From the NCBI GenBank assembly GCA_964016885.1, contig OZ024746.1:56048001-56112000 (forward strand): 64,000 nucleotides of DNA. Reading direction: 5' to 3'. The stretch is from Eledone cirrhosa (lineage: Eukaryota). Below, piece after piece: positions 1 through 13,911 of the stretch. Both the position numbers and the translations under genes were made by a program. Each line of letters opens with the position of its first letter. Within the stretch, counting starts at the first letter, position 1. The notes below the pieces were generated by a model. The model was not told the DNA's origin and did no database searches. It worked only from the letters and a program-made list of their open reading frames with translations.

Positions 1-1560
1 GAGGGTGTTAAGAACAGAGCCTTGATGAACACCAATTTTTACGCTAAATTCTTTACTATATTCGTTGTTAATTCCAACCTTGCTGACTGTTTCTTTATAC
101 ATAGCATTTATAGCTCTCACAAGCCATTCATCAACACCTAATTTTCTAAGAGCCCACCAGATAATGGAGCGGAGGACTATGTCAAAGGCTTTCCCCAAGT
201 CACCAAAAGCTATGTGTAGGGGTTTACCTTTAGATAGGTACTTCTCCTGTAGTTGTCGTACAAGGAAAAGAGCGCCTGTGGTACTTTTACCTCACACAAA
301 CCCAAACTGCATTTCATCTAGATCAATTCGCTCTATGATTAGTTGCGATATAACTCTTTATGTGACCTTCATAACTTGATCTACTAATTTAATGACTCTA
401 TAGTTTCCCCTATCTAGGGTATCTCCTTTACCCTTGTAGCAGTTACTGATGATGTTGCTACGCTAGTCATTTGGTATTAATCTATTCTGTATGACTGGTT
501 TACTATCCGGGTGATCATAGTGTGTCCCACCATTCCTTATGCTTTCAGCATTTCAGCAACTGTCTCCGAAAGCTCAGCTGCATTGCCTGTCTTCATATTT
601 TTGATTGCCTTACTTATTATACTACCTTTAACTTGCACTGCTGGTCCCTCTATTGGATCGATTTGGAGCAGACTATCTTTTTCCCATTTATTCTCCCCAT
701 TTAGACACTTCCAAGCTACCTTCTTATCAGCATCAGTGAGGGCAAGTACACCATCATCATTACGGACACACTTCTCCGCGACAAAATCACGGTTTTCCTT
801 GACACATTGTCTTGCAATCCTTAACGCCTGGCGTCTTTCATCCTCTCGTTGTAGGACATGCTTGAACTTTCTTTCCTCAGCTTCCCTTCTTGCAAAGTAC
901 ACTTGTCTCCTTGCTTCTCTCCTGGCCACTTGATAGTGTTCTCTACTTCCCCCATCCCGCCATACTTTCCAAGCCTGCTTTTTGGCATTGATTGACTCTT
1001 CCACCTTACTGTTTCACCACCAAGTTACTCTCTTCCTGCTTATAGGTCTGCTCCAGCCACAGATTTCATCTGTTGCCTTCAGCAGGTTAACTTTTCCTCT
1101 ATATTGTAAGTCTCTAATTGCTCATCCTTACTTTCAAAATCATCAAGTAATATGCTTTTAAATGTGTTACTGGCTGTGGGGTCCTTTAGCTTCCATATTC
1201 TTCTTCTCATGGTGGTCCTCCTTTGTTGTCGAGTACATCTAGTCCTGACTATGAAGTCACTAACTATGAGGCTATGTTGGGAGGTGCATTCTTCACGGGG
1301 GAGGGGTTTAGTGTTTACAACAGACACTCTGTCACGTCTTCTGGTAAGGATATAATCTATCTGACTGACGTCATGCCCTGATCTACAGGTGATCAAGTGA
1401 TTGTCTCGCTTTTTGAAGTTAGTGTTACAGATAGTTAGGTTGTTAGCGTCACAGAATTCCATGATTCTGAAGCCTTCCTCATTTCTAGTAACAAACCCAT
1501 AGCCTCCAAGGATTCCGTCATAGCCGTCACAATGTTGTCCAACATGACCATTTAGAATGT
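1..1560 (-). mobile_element. RTE-clade LINE fragment (APE endonuclease through RT), decayed, runs off the window start
   Basis: Minus-strand translation gives APE motifs ([31 protein letters not shown]) and RT motifs (IAFGDLGKAFD..IWWALRKLGVDEWL; KIGVHQGSVL), with stops and frameshifts. Confidence 0.9.
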
Positions 1561-1585
1561 CTATACACACCCACCCACACACCAC

Positions 1586-1802
<217 letters not shown>

Positions 1803-1853
1803 TAAAATAAAGTTAAATAAAAGTCAAATGATAAAAATTTAGCTTCGTTTATT

Positions 1854-1908
1854 ACTGCTATATATATTTCAGTGACAGTCATCTTTGGCTGTGACCTCTT
1901 CAGGCAGT
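1854..1908 (-). ncRNA. Minimal hammerhead ribozyme, inverted copy
   Basis: Reverse complement of the 2152-2206 motif; core intact, two substitutions in stem II/loop. Confidence 0.75.
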
Positions 1909-2151
1909 TTGAATTAGTATGGTATAGACAAGTACAAATGTTGTTTAGGTGTATAATATTGTCAATACTCTGATATGCCCAGTTCCTTGTTGGGTTGTTA
2001 ATTCACTGAGGAACTGGTTAATTCACTGAAGAACATATGACTCCAGTTCCTCAGTGAATTAACAACCCAACAAGGAACTGGGCATATCAGAGTATTGACA
2101 ATATTATACACCTAAACAACATATGTACTTGTCTATACCATACTAATTCAA

Positions 2152-2206
2152 ACTGCCTGAAGAGGTCACAGCCAAAGGTGGCTGTCACTGAAATATATAT
2201 AGCAGT
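2152..2206 (+). ncRNA. Minimal type I hammerhead ribozyme (PLE pLTR)
   Basis: ACTGC-CTGAAGA-GGTCACAGCC(AAAGGT)GGCTGTCACT-GAAA-TATATA-TA-GCAGT: core boxes, stems I and II pair, palindromic stem III. Confidence 0.8.
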
Positions 2207-2289
2207 AATAAACGAAGCTAAATTTTTATCACTTGACTTTTATTTAACTTTATTTTACACTACTCCGGAGTAACCAAACCAACCTGCGC

Positions 2290-2580
2290 ATTTCGTCGAG
2301 TGCTCCAGCCTGCATACTGAGGTGTTGGTATACAACCAACATAAACTCAAAATATATATATATACATATATATATATAGTATTAATTATATATATATATA
2401 GTAAAAATAAACCTTACACATTCAAATGGGAAGTGATAGGTAGCGCGAGTTCGTACAAACCACCTAATAAATGGTGTAACCTCTGTATACTATATTATCT
2501 TCTCTAACCGTAACCTACTTAACAAAAAATCTGAAGTGTTTGCAACTTGCCAGCACCGCTTCAGAATTCCTTCCAAAACT
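2290..2580 (+). mobile_element. Penelope-like GIY-YIG endonuclease C-terminal remnant
   Basis: KPYTFKWEVIGSASSYKPPNKWCNLC...RNLLNKKSEVFATCQHR resembles the PLE EN C-terminal W..Y..CNLC..LLNK.SE..C.H pattern; interrupted by a TA tract. Confidence 0.7.
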
Positions 2581-4112
2581 TTAAGCGTACTATATAGCAA
2601 TGTCGGATTTGAACCAAACACCACCTCTAGCATCAAACACCAGGGGCACACCTTATACCACATCCCCAACACTCATTGATCTAATATAACACAAATCGCG
2701 ACATCCCTCTGGAACCCTTCACAGGGGGAATACCCCTTTGTACTTCTACTTTAGGTGTGATAACATCCACTTGCTTGAACTGCGCTACACCACTTTATAG
2801 TTAATTTAAGCATTGAATTGATTGTATTGTTGGTGATGTGCGGAGGAAGTGCCATTATTGGACAAATGAAAAACTAATTAATCTAGTAACGCTGATGAGC
2901 TGTATGACGGGTACGCTGAGTGCAGTGAATGAGTGTATTGCAAGTGGCGTATGGGTTGTACATATATGTGTGATTTGATGGTCAGATTGGAGTCATGAGG
3001 ACTGTGGATTGACCTCTGGTCGGCCCTGGTGATGATTATCTTTCGACATCCAATGTAGCAAGCACTGACCCATAACTTACCAGAGATCATTGTGTGTTGA
3101 AGTGATTCTGCAATCACCTTGCCTGGTTCTTTGAGTAGACTGCAATCACAGAGATCATTAATTGAGAATTCTCGCTCGTCGTGTATAATATTCATTTGTG
3201 GCACTCTGCGATGGGGGTTAATCACCATAATAAGAACACCTTCAGCACAACTTAATAGACTACTCTATAGTTAAAACACTTTAAATTTTTAGAAATTTTT
3301 TAGAAACTGCGCATAACCATATAAGTTAGGGTCTATTTTGAGACACAATTTAATAGTTAGTAATAGAAACCACTGAATTACCTCCCCTCATGCATTAACT
3401 CCCCTTAGCCACACACACACTTCCGGGTAGTATTTCGATGTCGATTCTCGCAACGTAACTTCCTCCTGTATTGAGCTAAAGAACATCAGACCACGATTCT
3501 CTAACTGGATTGTCAAACGCCCAATATCGAATCGTCGTGGATTATGTGAGTGGCATATAATCTGAAAAATACGCTCCCCAGACTATGAAAATGTCGCAGT
3601 GTATGAAATCCATATCATCGCTTCGCTACGCATTTCCAATATTTTTAATGCTTACACTATTTTTAATATTTATATTATTTCTCCACGCACAGACTATAAC
3701 AATCATATAAAGAATTCACCACCAGATCAACCACCTTAACACTCTCGATTACCTGCTTAAGTGCTTCTATTACACGTAACTCTCTGCCACACTATATAAA
3801 CAAGACGCACGTGCTTGCCACACATATAACCTTTACACTATATAACCGCTTAATTTCATGTTGTATTTTAACCTGTATTTTTGATCGTATCGTTTAATAT
3901 GAATGTAATTTCTAACTCTGTACTGCCACACTAAATGGTATAATGAAAATTGACCCACAATATTTGCATATGTATCTGTATGTCTCTTGGGTGATAAGGA
4001 GGTCATATAAGTGTTCATTCAATAATAAATTGGTCCGAAGAATCTAAACCTCGGTTTGGAGGAAACAGTTGTAGGCATAAAAATGTTTTGAACTGTTCTT
4101 TGATTCTTATAA

Positions 4113-4460
<348 letters not shown>

Positions 4461-5139
4461 CTGTTAGTCCTCATCTAAATAATTCCGTATGACATGCTTT
4501 GCATTATTCTATGTCTCATGAATACTAAAGCTATTACTAGTTGCAGCAAGATTATTTTGCTACCTTTATTATCGCAATGACAGTTTTTCTCTAGGGAATA
4601 TCTTGTTTATTACTATTATAACTTATGAGATTCTACATGAAATAAAGAATTTTATTAATCATAATCATTGGTAGTGTATTATCAATATTAAAACTGTCAT
4701 ATCACTGAAGATTAGGCCTTTGAAAATGATGTGTGTTGCATCGTTAACATGTATTACTTCCATTTAGACGATTATTTCTTTGCAGTTAGTGCATTCTTTG
4801 TTAGGAATATGTCATGAAAAATAATATTATATACGCCAGTATTTTTTTCAATATTGTTATTGTTCCGCATTGAAAACATCGCAGTATTTGTTCCGGATAT
4901 TTGCCCGTTAAATTCGAATCCCACAGAGGTCAACTATTATTTTCATCTTTTCAAGTTCGATAAATAATTCATCACTGGTGACCATTCTTGCTTTATGTCT
5001 ATTCTTCACTTCTCCCTCTCTCTATCTTTCTATCTCTATTTCTCTGTAGAAAAAAAATCGGCTGCGAAAACAGTTAGACAGAGTCAAGTAATGAATACCC
5101 CAGAAAGTTGTATGTCATGATAACACCCTTAATATTCTC

Positions 5140-5530
5140 TCAGAATTTAAGGAATTACTTTTTGGGGTAATGACCGAAAGAGTACGATCCGAATACAAGC
5201 GGCCGAAATAGTGTTTTTTCCCGAAGTAACGTTACTAGATACAATGTGTAGCTCGGAGATCAGAGATCCACTCCAAGTCGAACCGCTACATCTCCGAATT
5301 GAGAGATCACAGGCACGTGTTTAGAATATTTCAGGAATTAGGAGTCCAAGAGTTTGACCCGAAAAAGATGGTTTGAAAACATTCATGAGCTTGGCTGGTG
5401 TCGCTTGGTTACCCATCGAGTTTAGTTGAAGTCTGTTGCTTGTGACAGGACCAGCTGGAAGGAGTGTTTGAGAACTCTCCCCCCACGAACGTTTCAGGAA
5501 TAACAATAATAATAATAATAAGAAGAAGAC
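5140..5530 (+). mobile_element. RTE LINE 3' end with (AAT)n tail
   Basis: Translates to WGxMTERVRSxIQAAE..SSEIRDPLQVEPLHLRIERSQ, typical of the RTE C-terminus; short tandem tail at 5500-5520. Confidence 0.75.
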
Positions 5531-5569
5531 TTTTTCAATAATCGCACAATATCGCTTAATTCACTTTAT

Positions 5570-5680
5570 AAATAATCAAGTGTTAAGAACCATGGACTTC
5601 CGATCATAAAGTTATGTATTCGAATCTTGGACCGGGTGGCGTATTTTGTTGTTGGTCAAAATATTTTATTTCATATTTTG
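5570..5680 (+). mobile_element. tRNA-derived Meta/CORE-type SINE, diverged
   Basis: B-box-like ATTCGAATC, then a degenerate ttgtgt..gg.caa..atattttatttca domain as in other copies. Confidence 0.45.
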
Positions 5681-6453
5681 TTACATTGGCCAGCCGGCGG
5701 GGGATTTCTTCTCTTCATGCTAAAATGTCATATTCAGATTAACTGATATCCGGTTAGGCCATGTCTTAAAAGGAAAATTTACTCGATAAACCTCAGATAT
5801 TTTACGAAAATAATTACAACCATAAATGAATTGACAAGATAGATTATAATTGACAGAAAAAAATAATTAAAATAATCTCGTTTAAAGATTTGCCTTAGAA
5901 CATCGTACTTCTTTCATAAAGCATCATGCGTGGTAAATGTTCCTTACCTATCGTATAAAGCATGTTTTTGTGTTTGTGTTCATGATGATTCTTCAATAAA
6001 CACATTGATTTCATAAAGAACAATTAGAAAGCTGTGGAAATCATGACGATAAGCCTAGGCATGGCTGCTTAATTAAGGAATTCTCCTGACGAGCACGCGG
6101 TTCTGGATTCTTCTGCCAGGAGTTGTGTAACTGAGATTTAATCAACAATAGAAAGCCTAATGTAATCAATGTTTCCTTTGTGTGCGTAAGTCTTCGTGTG
6201 TGGGTTTGTTTGTTTGTGTGAGGGGGGGAGGGGGGGGGGTTATGTCGCGCAACTTAGCGATTCAACGAAAAATAAATTTATAAAGTAAGTGTTCGGACTG
6301 AAATGATAGAATAAAACCTTTTAATGTGGTGCTCGAACATTTTTAAGTTCAATGACTGAAACCAATAAAATACCAAATGTGTGTTAATACTGTTGCTATT
6401 CCAATGTATTTACTACTATATCTTCACCTCTGAGCTTATCTTTAGATCGGACC

Positions 6454-6500
6454 TTGTGGAAAGACAAGTGGAAACATTGTTTTCACTTGTCTTTCCACAA
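6454..6500. repeat. 47-bp near-perfect palindrome
   Basis: TTGTGGAAAGACAAGTGGAAACA-T-TGTTTTCACTTGTCTTTCCACAA, one G-T mismatch. Confidence 0.9.
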
Positions 6501-6714
6501 TCTACAACTCGCAATTCCTAGTAGAAAGAGCAATGTGAATTAAATAAATTTCCTGAAGTAAACAACGCTGAATCAAACCCATAACTTAATGTTTATTCGA
6601 CTAACTCTTTAACCACTAGGCCATGATTGAGCCAATTAATTTTATTAATAAACAAAGTTTTTTTTAAAAAATATGATGGTTCTTGAAAAGAATGATAGCA
6701 ATACAAAATAAATT

Positions 6715-6805
6715 ATGTTACCCAAGAACACAACACGCCGTAAGCTCCAGGATACGAACACACAACTTTATGATCGCGAGACTAACACTCTTAACACTAG
6801 GCCTT
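6715..6805 (-). mobile_element. tRNA-head SINE fragment (Meta-type)
   Basis: cccaagaacacaacacgcc..cgaac..ctcttaacactaggcc is the antisense of a tRNA-like head plus ttgtgttcttggg. Confidence 0.55.
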
Positions 6806-6837
6806 GTATGAAACAAAGAAAAGCTAGTATTTTTAAT

Positions 6838-7018
6838 ATAATTGTTTCTACTTTTGGAACAAGGCCAACAATTATCCAGTATATTACTGGTACATTATTT
6901 TATCGACCCCGTAAGGCAAAGTTAACCTCGGTGGGATTTGAACTCAGTCTGTAAAGGGATGTAACTCTATTCTAGAAAGCATGGCGTCCGATCCTCTCCC
7001 GATACTGCCAATCCACCA
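6838..7018 (-). mobile_element. tRNA-derived SINE with Nin/Deu-like domain
   Basis: Antisense has A box TGGCAGTATCGG, B box GAGTTCAAATCC and the ggggtcgataaa..gtaccag domain; many copies in the window. Confidence 0.85.
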
Positions 7019-8237
7019 TATAATGGAGTATTATTGAAGACTATAATTATGCTACAACTTCAGCCTCACAGTTGTGAACAATAAAATGCATGTGTTTTGT
7101 TGAAGGACATGTTTGAGAAAATTATAGTGTTTCTCATGTTGGGGATATGTTAAGGTTTGATGATATCTGGAGTAATTTTCGCCGTCGTAGTTATATCATA
7201 GTGGTTAGTTGTCAGCTTACAGATTCATATTGACATGATGGGAGATATTTTAGATATTAGTGAAACCATAAATAATAATGTTTCGCCTGCTGCTCTTATC
7301 AAGTGTTATGATTATATCAGTAATTTAGATGTTATACTTAGCGAAAACTAATGGCCAGGTTTTAGCTTGGATATATTAAGGTTAATGAGCGGAAGAAATC
7401 TTATTGACAAACGTAACAATAGATATCACAATATACACACCGACATATACACCAACATATAAACATGCTTATACACACCCACACAGAAAAACACAAACGC
7501 ATCATATATATGTATAAATCGATGGATGTATACCAGTCCAAATAATAGATATCACTATGAACACGCAAAAACACATAGACAGACACAAACGTACACTTGA
7601 CGCAAATATATACTATTGCATGTTATGATTAAACCCAGTTCAGCATAATTTCTATGTTGGCTCTGCCTTTCTGAACCCCATTTCTTTTACACAATGAGTT
7701 CATTATATCCAGTTGATGAAACGGATTCTCCAAGTACTAATTACTGCCTTTGATCTTTGGCTTAACATTTAATATGCAATAATTTAATTATTCTTTCTCT
7801 TATTAACACCAGTTAGATTAATTCTGTACGTTCGCGTATACATCAGAGAAGCAGAGTGTTTGTCTTAGTGTGTAGTTTATGTAATCTCGTTCGCAGAGAT
7901 CCTAATGAATCGTATTGGTGTGAAAACATGACCAGCTTTCATGGAATTCTATGCAGGCAACAGTTGGAGTTAACTATACTAATGATCATTGGTAATTGGT
8001 TAATTAATGGCTTTTGGCATAAAATGGGCGCCACAAATTTACTTCGAAAACAATTGTGATTGTTTTCCGTTTCTCTTTCTCTTATATAACTTCAGGTCAA
8101 CTCTGATGCAACGGACTTATTTCAGTTTACTTTAGGTAACATCTCCCCAAGCGTTTACATTTCTAGATACACTAGAGAAATAATTATATTATCAAATGTG
8201 TTGTATATTCTTCTTATTTTTGTTTTAATCTTCTCTT

Positions 8238-9318
8238 GTCATTTGTATAGAAACACGCTTTCACGGAACGGAGTTTTGCCTAACCTCAGACCTTCCTCGA
8301 CAGAACTTTGGTCTTTTGCACTCCTCTCGCTGCTCAAGTTTCATGTATTCCAGAGATGCATAATGTTTGTCCATTTTACCGATACCGGGAGCTTTCAGAG
8401 ATGGCGGATAGAATTTTATCCTCCAGAGGAAATTGGAAATAGATTTGGAGATAGATCTTAATTTTAGCAAGTCAAGCAATCGGATCACGTAGAACCACAC
8501 TTGCCTTGCCTTGTTTGATAAGGGGATGTGAAAAATTCACGAGGATAATTCATAGCACAGAAAGACGTTATAAACATGTATTTAATTTATTAGATATGGT
8601 ATGAATTCAGTACAACCTATAGCAGCATTTGAGAGGTAATTGGGCTGCTGCCAAAGTAATTTCACTGTTATGATTATGTTTTACTCAAAAGGTTCATTAA
8701 AACAGAAATGTGTCCAGACTCGTCAATTTATGTAACATCAATCACATACTGTTCTCCTTTTAGGTCTGCAATTATTTCTTAATTAATTTAGATTTGTGAG
8801 AATCTTTTTAGTTTCGATAACCATAATGAAGTATTCTGTTTAACAAGTTTTCTTTTTTCCAGGTGTAACTTTTAATCAAATATCTAATGTTTTGTTTGAT
8901 TCTATAAATTACATATGTTAGCTAACCTATTATATAAGACATGATGAGATATAACGACACACAATGTGTTCTAGTTCACTGACGTGTTTCTAGCACTGCG
9001 TGAATTTTCCATTGCAGCATTATAGGCCTTTACACTTATGATCTGACTGAATTCGAGCGACTTCTTCTCATGTCCCACTACTTCACATATATAATATTTT
9101 CTAGTCATTTGTATAGAAACACGCCTTCAGGCAACGGAGTTTTCATTAACCTCAGACCTTCCTTGCCAGAACTTTAGTATGTTGCATTCCTCTCGCTACC
9201 CAAGTTTCTACACGGTCACATCTCTTTTATTCGAGAGCTGCATTATCTTAGTCCATTTTACTGGTATCAGGGAGCTTCCACAGATAGTGGATATAACTTT
9301 ATCCTCCAGACGGAATTA
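8238..9318. repeat. Diverged direct duplication of a 200-215-bp segment (8238-8435 and 9105-9318)
   Basis: Shared GTCATTTGTATAGAAACACGC..AACCTCAGACCTTCCT..TCCATTTTAC..TTTATCCTCCAGA blocks. Confidence 0.85.
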
Positions 9319-9639
9319 TTAAAATAGACGGATAATTCAAAACCAATATTAACCACATGTCAACGCCAGTCATCGAAATATTGATGTAAACTTTCAAATA
9401 AAATGATCAGAAATATTGTGACTAATAAACGAGAACTCTGGTTATTGGACCTATGAAGCCTGCACTGTCAGTATATTATGAATAAGAAAAGTCCATATGG
9501 CATAATTAAATTAACGTTGTCACCGACTGTTTTAATATCTACATACATATACCACTGGCCCACACTTTCCCGAATAAGGTCACAACCACATGAGTAAATA
9601 ATATGTCCCCATCCTACATTTCATATCCTCTCAATTTTT

Positions 9640-11365
9640 TCCAGAAAAGCTGTACATTATCATGGCTTGGCTTCGCGAACAAAGGTTATGAAGGGGCTGG
9701 TCCACGTACTTCATGCAGGCCCGTGGCTGTTCAGCCCAATACGGAACATGACCGCAGCGGCTATAGCTAAATATCTGGTAAGGGTTCGAAGACTTGCTGT
9801 TGTGGTTCTTCCTGCTGTGACTTATTATGTTCAAGTGTGGCCCATCGGGTATTGTCAAAAGCAGAGACAGCATGATTGAGGATGAGATGCCAGGCTCCAC
9901 GATTCTTAGCTAGTGTGGACCTCTGTCGTCGGTCGATGTGACAGGTAACTTGGGAGGTTTTAAACAGTCCCGTTATCGCTTCTATGGTACAGCCATGTCG
10001 TGATGACCAGTAGAGAAGTCGCTGCACCACATGATCCTGGGCTGGCGATGATCTATTCTACAGCAGACCTGCCCTGCCCAGCGTATTTGGAACTTCAGCA
10101 GCATAGCCACAATTCCGGTGAACTCCACCCGTGCAAGAACTTCAACATTGACGGAAAATTCACAGCTGTGGATGTTAAGGATGGTGAAAAGGCAGCGCTA
10201 GTGGAAGCACTCGAGGAGTCGAAGGTGCTGACGCCATATGATCAGGAATCTGAGCCATACAGGGCAGTGATAAGTAGATTGCTCTGTACACTCCGATCTT
10301 GGTACTCTTCTTCAAGTGTTTATTGTTCCTCACTTGTTTCTACAGTCTGGCAAATTCACTGATCACCCTTGCCAGTCTACTGCCGATTTCTTTCCCGAGA
10401 TTGGTACCGGATATAATGGCGCTCACCAGGTAGATGAAAATGTGGACAGTTTTTAGTTGTCTCACCAATTGTGATATGGGTTTTGGTTACCGTTCTGACG
10501 TGCATGCTGGTGGTGTAACTCCGTCTTAGGCTCTTTCTGTGTAAGCCAGTTGTCAAGGTGGTATCTGATGTAGACTTTCAAGAATTGCTCTGGCCTGCTT
10601 GAGCATCATCCTGAAGATGATGGAGAGAGTTGGTGTCAGTGCGCAACCCTGCTTCACTCCGTTGATGATCGCGAATGTCCCTCAGACATCAATGCTAAGT
10701 CTGACTCAATCACACTTGTCTTCATGTAGCTGGATCACGATGTTCAGGAACTTGGCGAACAACCAAGTCGTTCCATTATCGCCCACATTACCTTTCTGCT
10801 TACTATATCGAATGCTTTAGTCAAATCACCGAACGCCACATACAGTCCTTAATTTTACTTCCGGCATTTCTCTTGGATCTTTTTTAATAACAAACACCAT
10901 GTGTGTGGTGCTCCAGGTAGCTCTGAAGCAATACTGGCTATCTGACAGGTGTTCCCCTGCTATGGTAGGTATCAGCCTGTTTAGCAGCATCTTTGCGAGG
11001 ATCTTTCCCACGACAGAGAGCAGAGTAATCCCCCAGTAATTTGAGCAGTCTGACTTTTCCCCTTTGTTCTGATATATGGGGATGATGACTGCATTGCGGA
11101 GCGTTTTAGCATCTTCTGCTCCCAGCAACACTTGAAGTACTTGTGGAGTTTCACGTGTAGTGCTGGGCACTTATGCATTCCAATTTCAGTTTGAATTACA
11201 TCACCTTCTGTTTCTTTTCCAGTCCTTAAGTGCTCTATGGCTTTGGTGTTCTCTTCAATGGTGGGGATTATTCAGTTTCGCTTTTACTTGATGTCACGAA
11301 ACATTGAAAATTGCTGATTTCTTGACACTATGGTTAGCACTGAAAAGGGGCTGGAATTGGATGAA
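9640..11365 (-). mobile_element. RTE (BovB-like) LINE fragment, RT and C-terminus, decayed
   Basis: KGEKSDCSNYWGITLLSVVGKILAKMLLNRL..SQYCFR..STTHMVF, FGDLTKAFD and GVKQGCALTPT motifs on the minus strand. Confidence 0.9.
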
Positions 11366-12186
11366 ACTACAACTCATTGTTCTCCAAACCACATATACAG
11401 AACAAGCAGACACAAATAGCAATTATTAAATCTACCGCCTCCTTTATGAGTGGCTCCAACAAGTAGCCAACTATATATCGTATGTAACATCATTAATGCA
11501 ACTTAAACGATAGAGGGCAATGGTTTCTTTAGAATTATTACATTGTTTCTACATCATAAGCATTACAATTTGTAATTAAACACAAAAGAGCAAAACCGCG
11601 AAGAAAGACATTTTACACCATCATAACCTAAACTTATTTACAACAGCCAGTATTATAATTGCTTAGACAAGACGTAAGAATGTGTATATCACGAAAATGA
11701 TTACAGACAAAACAAGATTCCAGCCAAAGTAGAAGAGAATTCATGACGTCAATGAAGACCTGACGACCACGATAGGACAGGCTGACCACACGCCGCGGAG
11801 TGACGATTCATTCTTCAGAGGCGGCTCTGAAAGTGCAAGCTGAAAAAATAATAGAAAAAGAAATGCACCATATTTTAGCAAAATACGACATGGTTAGGCA
11901 AGCAACATTCAATTTAGTAGAGTTTTTTACATTTAAAATAAGGTGTTCATAAAAAATCAATTAACTGAGCATGTCCATGCAATGGGAGGATAAAAGTCCC
12001 TCAAATATGTGCAGAACAATCCCCAAACATCAGATGTGCATAAGGTCTCAGCAAACGATCACCACATCAAAGAATTCGTACTGAAGTATTTCACTTGTTT
12101 TTTCTATGTACTTTCTAGATTTTTAACATCACACTTGCTTTTGTCTGGTTTATTGACACCATGGTGTGTGTGTGTTTGTGTGTGCT

Positions 12187-12271
<85 letters not shown>

Positions 12272-13779
12272 TGTGTGTGTGGCTGTATGTGTGTCTGTGT
12301 GTGTGTCTGTGTCTGTGAATAACTACGTTGGAAGATGAAGACAATTAGACTATTAACTGGGCTAGCCATTAGGTAATGCTAATAAAATATATCTACCAGA
12401 GAAGAAGACCAGCTGAAATTTATAGTCCGACTAATCATTTGTCACATCATCTCTCGAACGTAGAATAATATAAATGTAATTACAGTAGACAGTTTCTAAG
12501 TGGTCTCCAATCAAATTAATAAAACTGTGTCAGCATATACGTAGCTCCATGTTTCAGTAAATGGCCGTGTATTGTAGCGTCCCAAGAATTTACTATCCGG
12601 CGATGATTGATATATCAATGGTCATCTAAAAGACTGTGATCCTCTTAATTTGCCTAATTCTGCTAAAACCATTAAAACATGTTTTAAATCAATAGGATAA
12701 GTTACTTCAAAACGAAGCCAAGTTTAGCGGAGATAAGCTTACCAACATTTCCTGTAACAGAAAAAGGCTCCTATATTTTTCAATGTATTTATATTGTTAA
12801 CAACTTACTCGCCATGGGAAATGTTATTTCGATGAGAAATATAATCTCGTTTATATTGACACATCAAGTTCCAAACAAAAGGACACTTCCTTTTAGAGGA
12901 AAAGACATGCTCAAAACAAGTATTTTATAGAAATTAATGAATTAATAATTTTATTTATGGAATATATCATGTAAATACAGTTTAACAGAAAGAAGAAAAG
13001 CAGAAAATTTAGATTGAGAAGAATGGAATGTAAAATAGGAAAATAGAGAGAAAAAAGAAAAATGAAAACAGGGAAGGGTACGGAATGGCAATAACCCTAG
13101 TGTCACAGAAGAATGGGGGGAAGGGGTTTGTGATTGGGCTCTTGGCCTAGTTATCTGCGGCAGAGGGGCTTCCCCCCACGGGTGATTAATTATGCACGGA
13201 ACAGCGTTGATTTTTTTGCTACGTAATTATTTTGGATGTATGTAAAAAACTGATACTGATTTATTTGATTATTTACGTGTTTATTTATATACTTACTTAT
13301 GTGTTTCGTAACGCATCAGAAAATTATAAACGAATGCTTTTTTTTCTTTCCTTTGTGTCCAGTCACAAAGGTATAAACATGATAGATACATAATTGGTTT
13401 CCCTGCCAAAAGTTAAACATTTCAAGTACATTATTATGCACATATTATTGCATAGGCTTTCTTCTTGAAGTTTAAATATTATCAATGTATAATGACAATT
13501 TTGGAGGTGAGTAATTTTAGCGGGAGAAATATATTTGTTTCAAAATATAACAGAAATATGTCTCGGACAAGTGGTATCGAGAAATATGTGTCGGACAGGG
13601 GTATCGAGACGTACGGCTATTCTTTGTGTATTCATATGTATATATACACGCACACGCACACACACACATATATATATATATATCGACTTTCGTCAAATTG
13701 GACCGAGGAAACAATGTTTCCGTTGGTCTTTCATATTGCTAATACTCTCTACCGGTCGCTAATACTCTCTAACCAGCTA

Positions 13780-13893
13780 GAAGGAGCAACGTGAAGTAAA
13801 GTGTTTTGCCCAATGAAACAACGCATCAACGGTCTTGGAATCGAACTCAAAACCTTGCGGTTGCAAATCCAATTCTCTAACCACTCAGCCACA
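13780..13893 (-). mobile_element. tRNA-derived Meta/CORE-type SINE
   Basis: Antisense GTGGCTGAGTGGTTAGAG (A box)..GAGTTCGATTCC (B box)..ttgggcaaaacactttacttcacgttgctcc. Confidence 0.8.
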
Positions 13894-13911
13894 CGTCTTT
13901 ATATATATATA

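Larger units (their letters stand above)
1803..2257. repeat. Long inverted repeat (215-bp arms 1803-2017 and 2043-2257, 25-nt spacer); fold-back PLE pseudo-LTR
   Basis: Arms are reverse complements with about 4 mismatches by eye; each carries a hammerhead motif; a PLE endonuclease remnant follows. Confidence 0.92.

Noticed and set aside
13780-13893. tRNA genes
   Set aside because: The A/B boxes belong to SINE heads followed by SINE body; no complete cloverleaf
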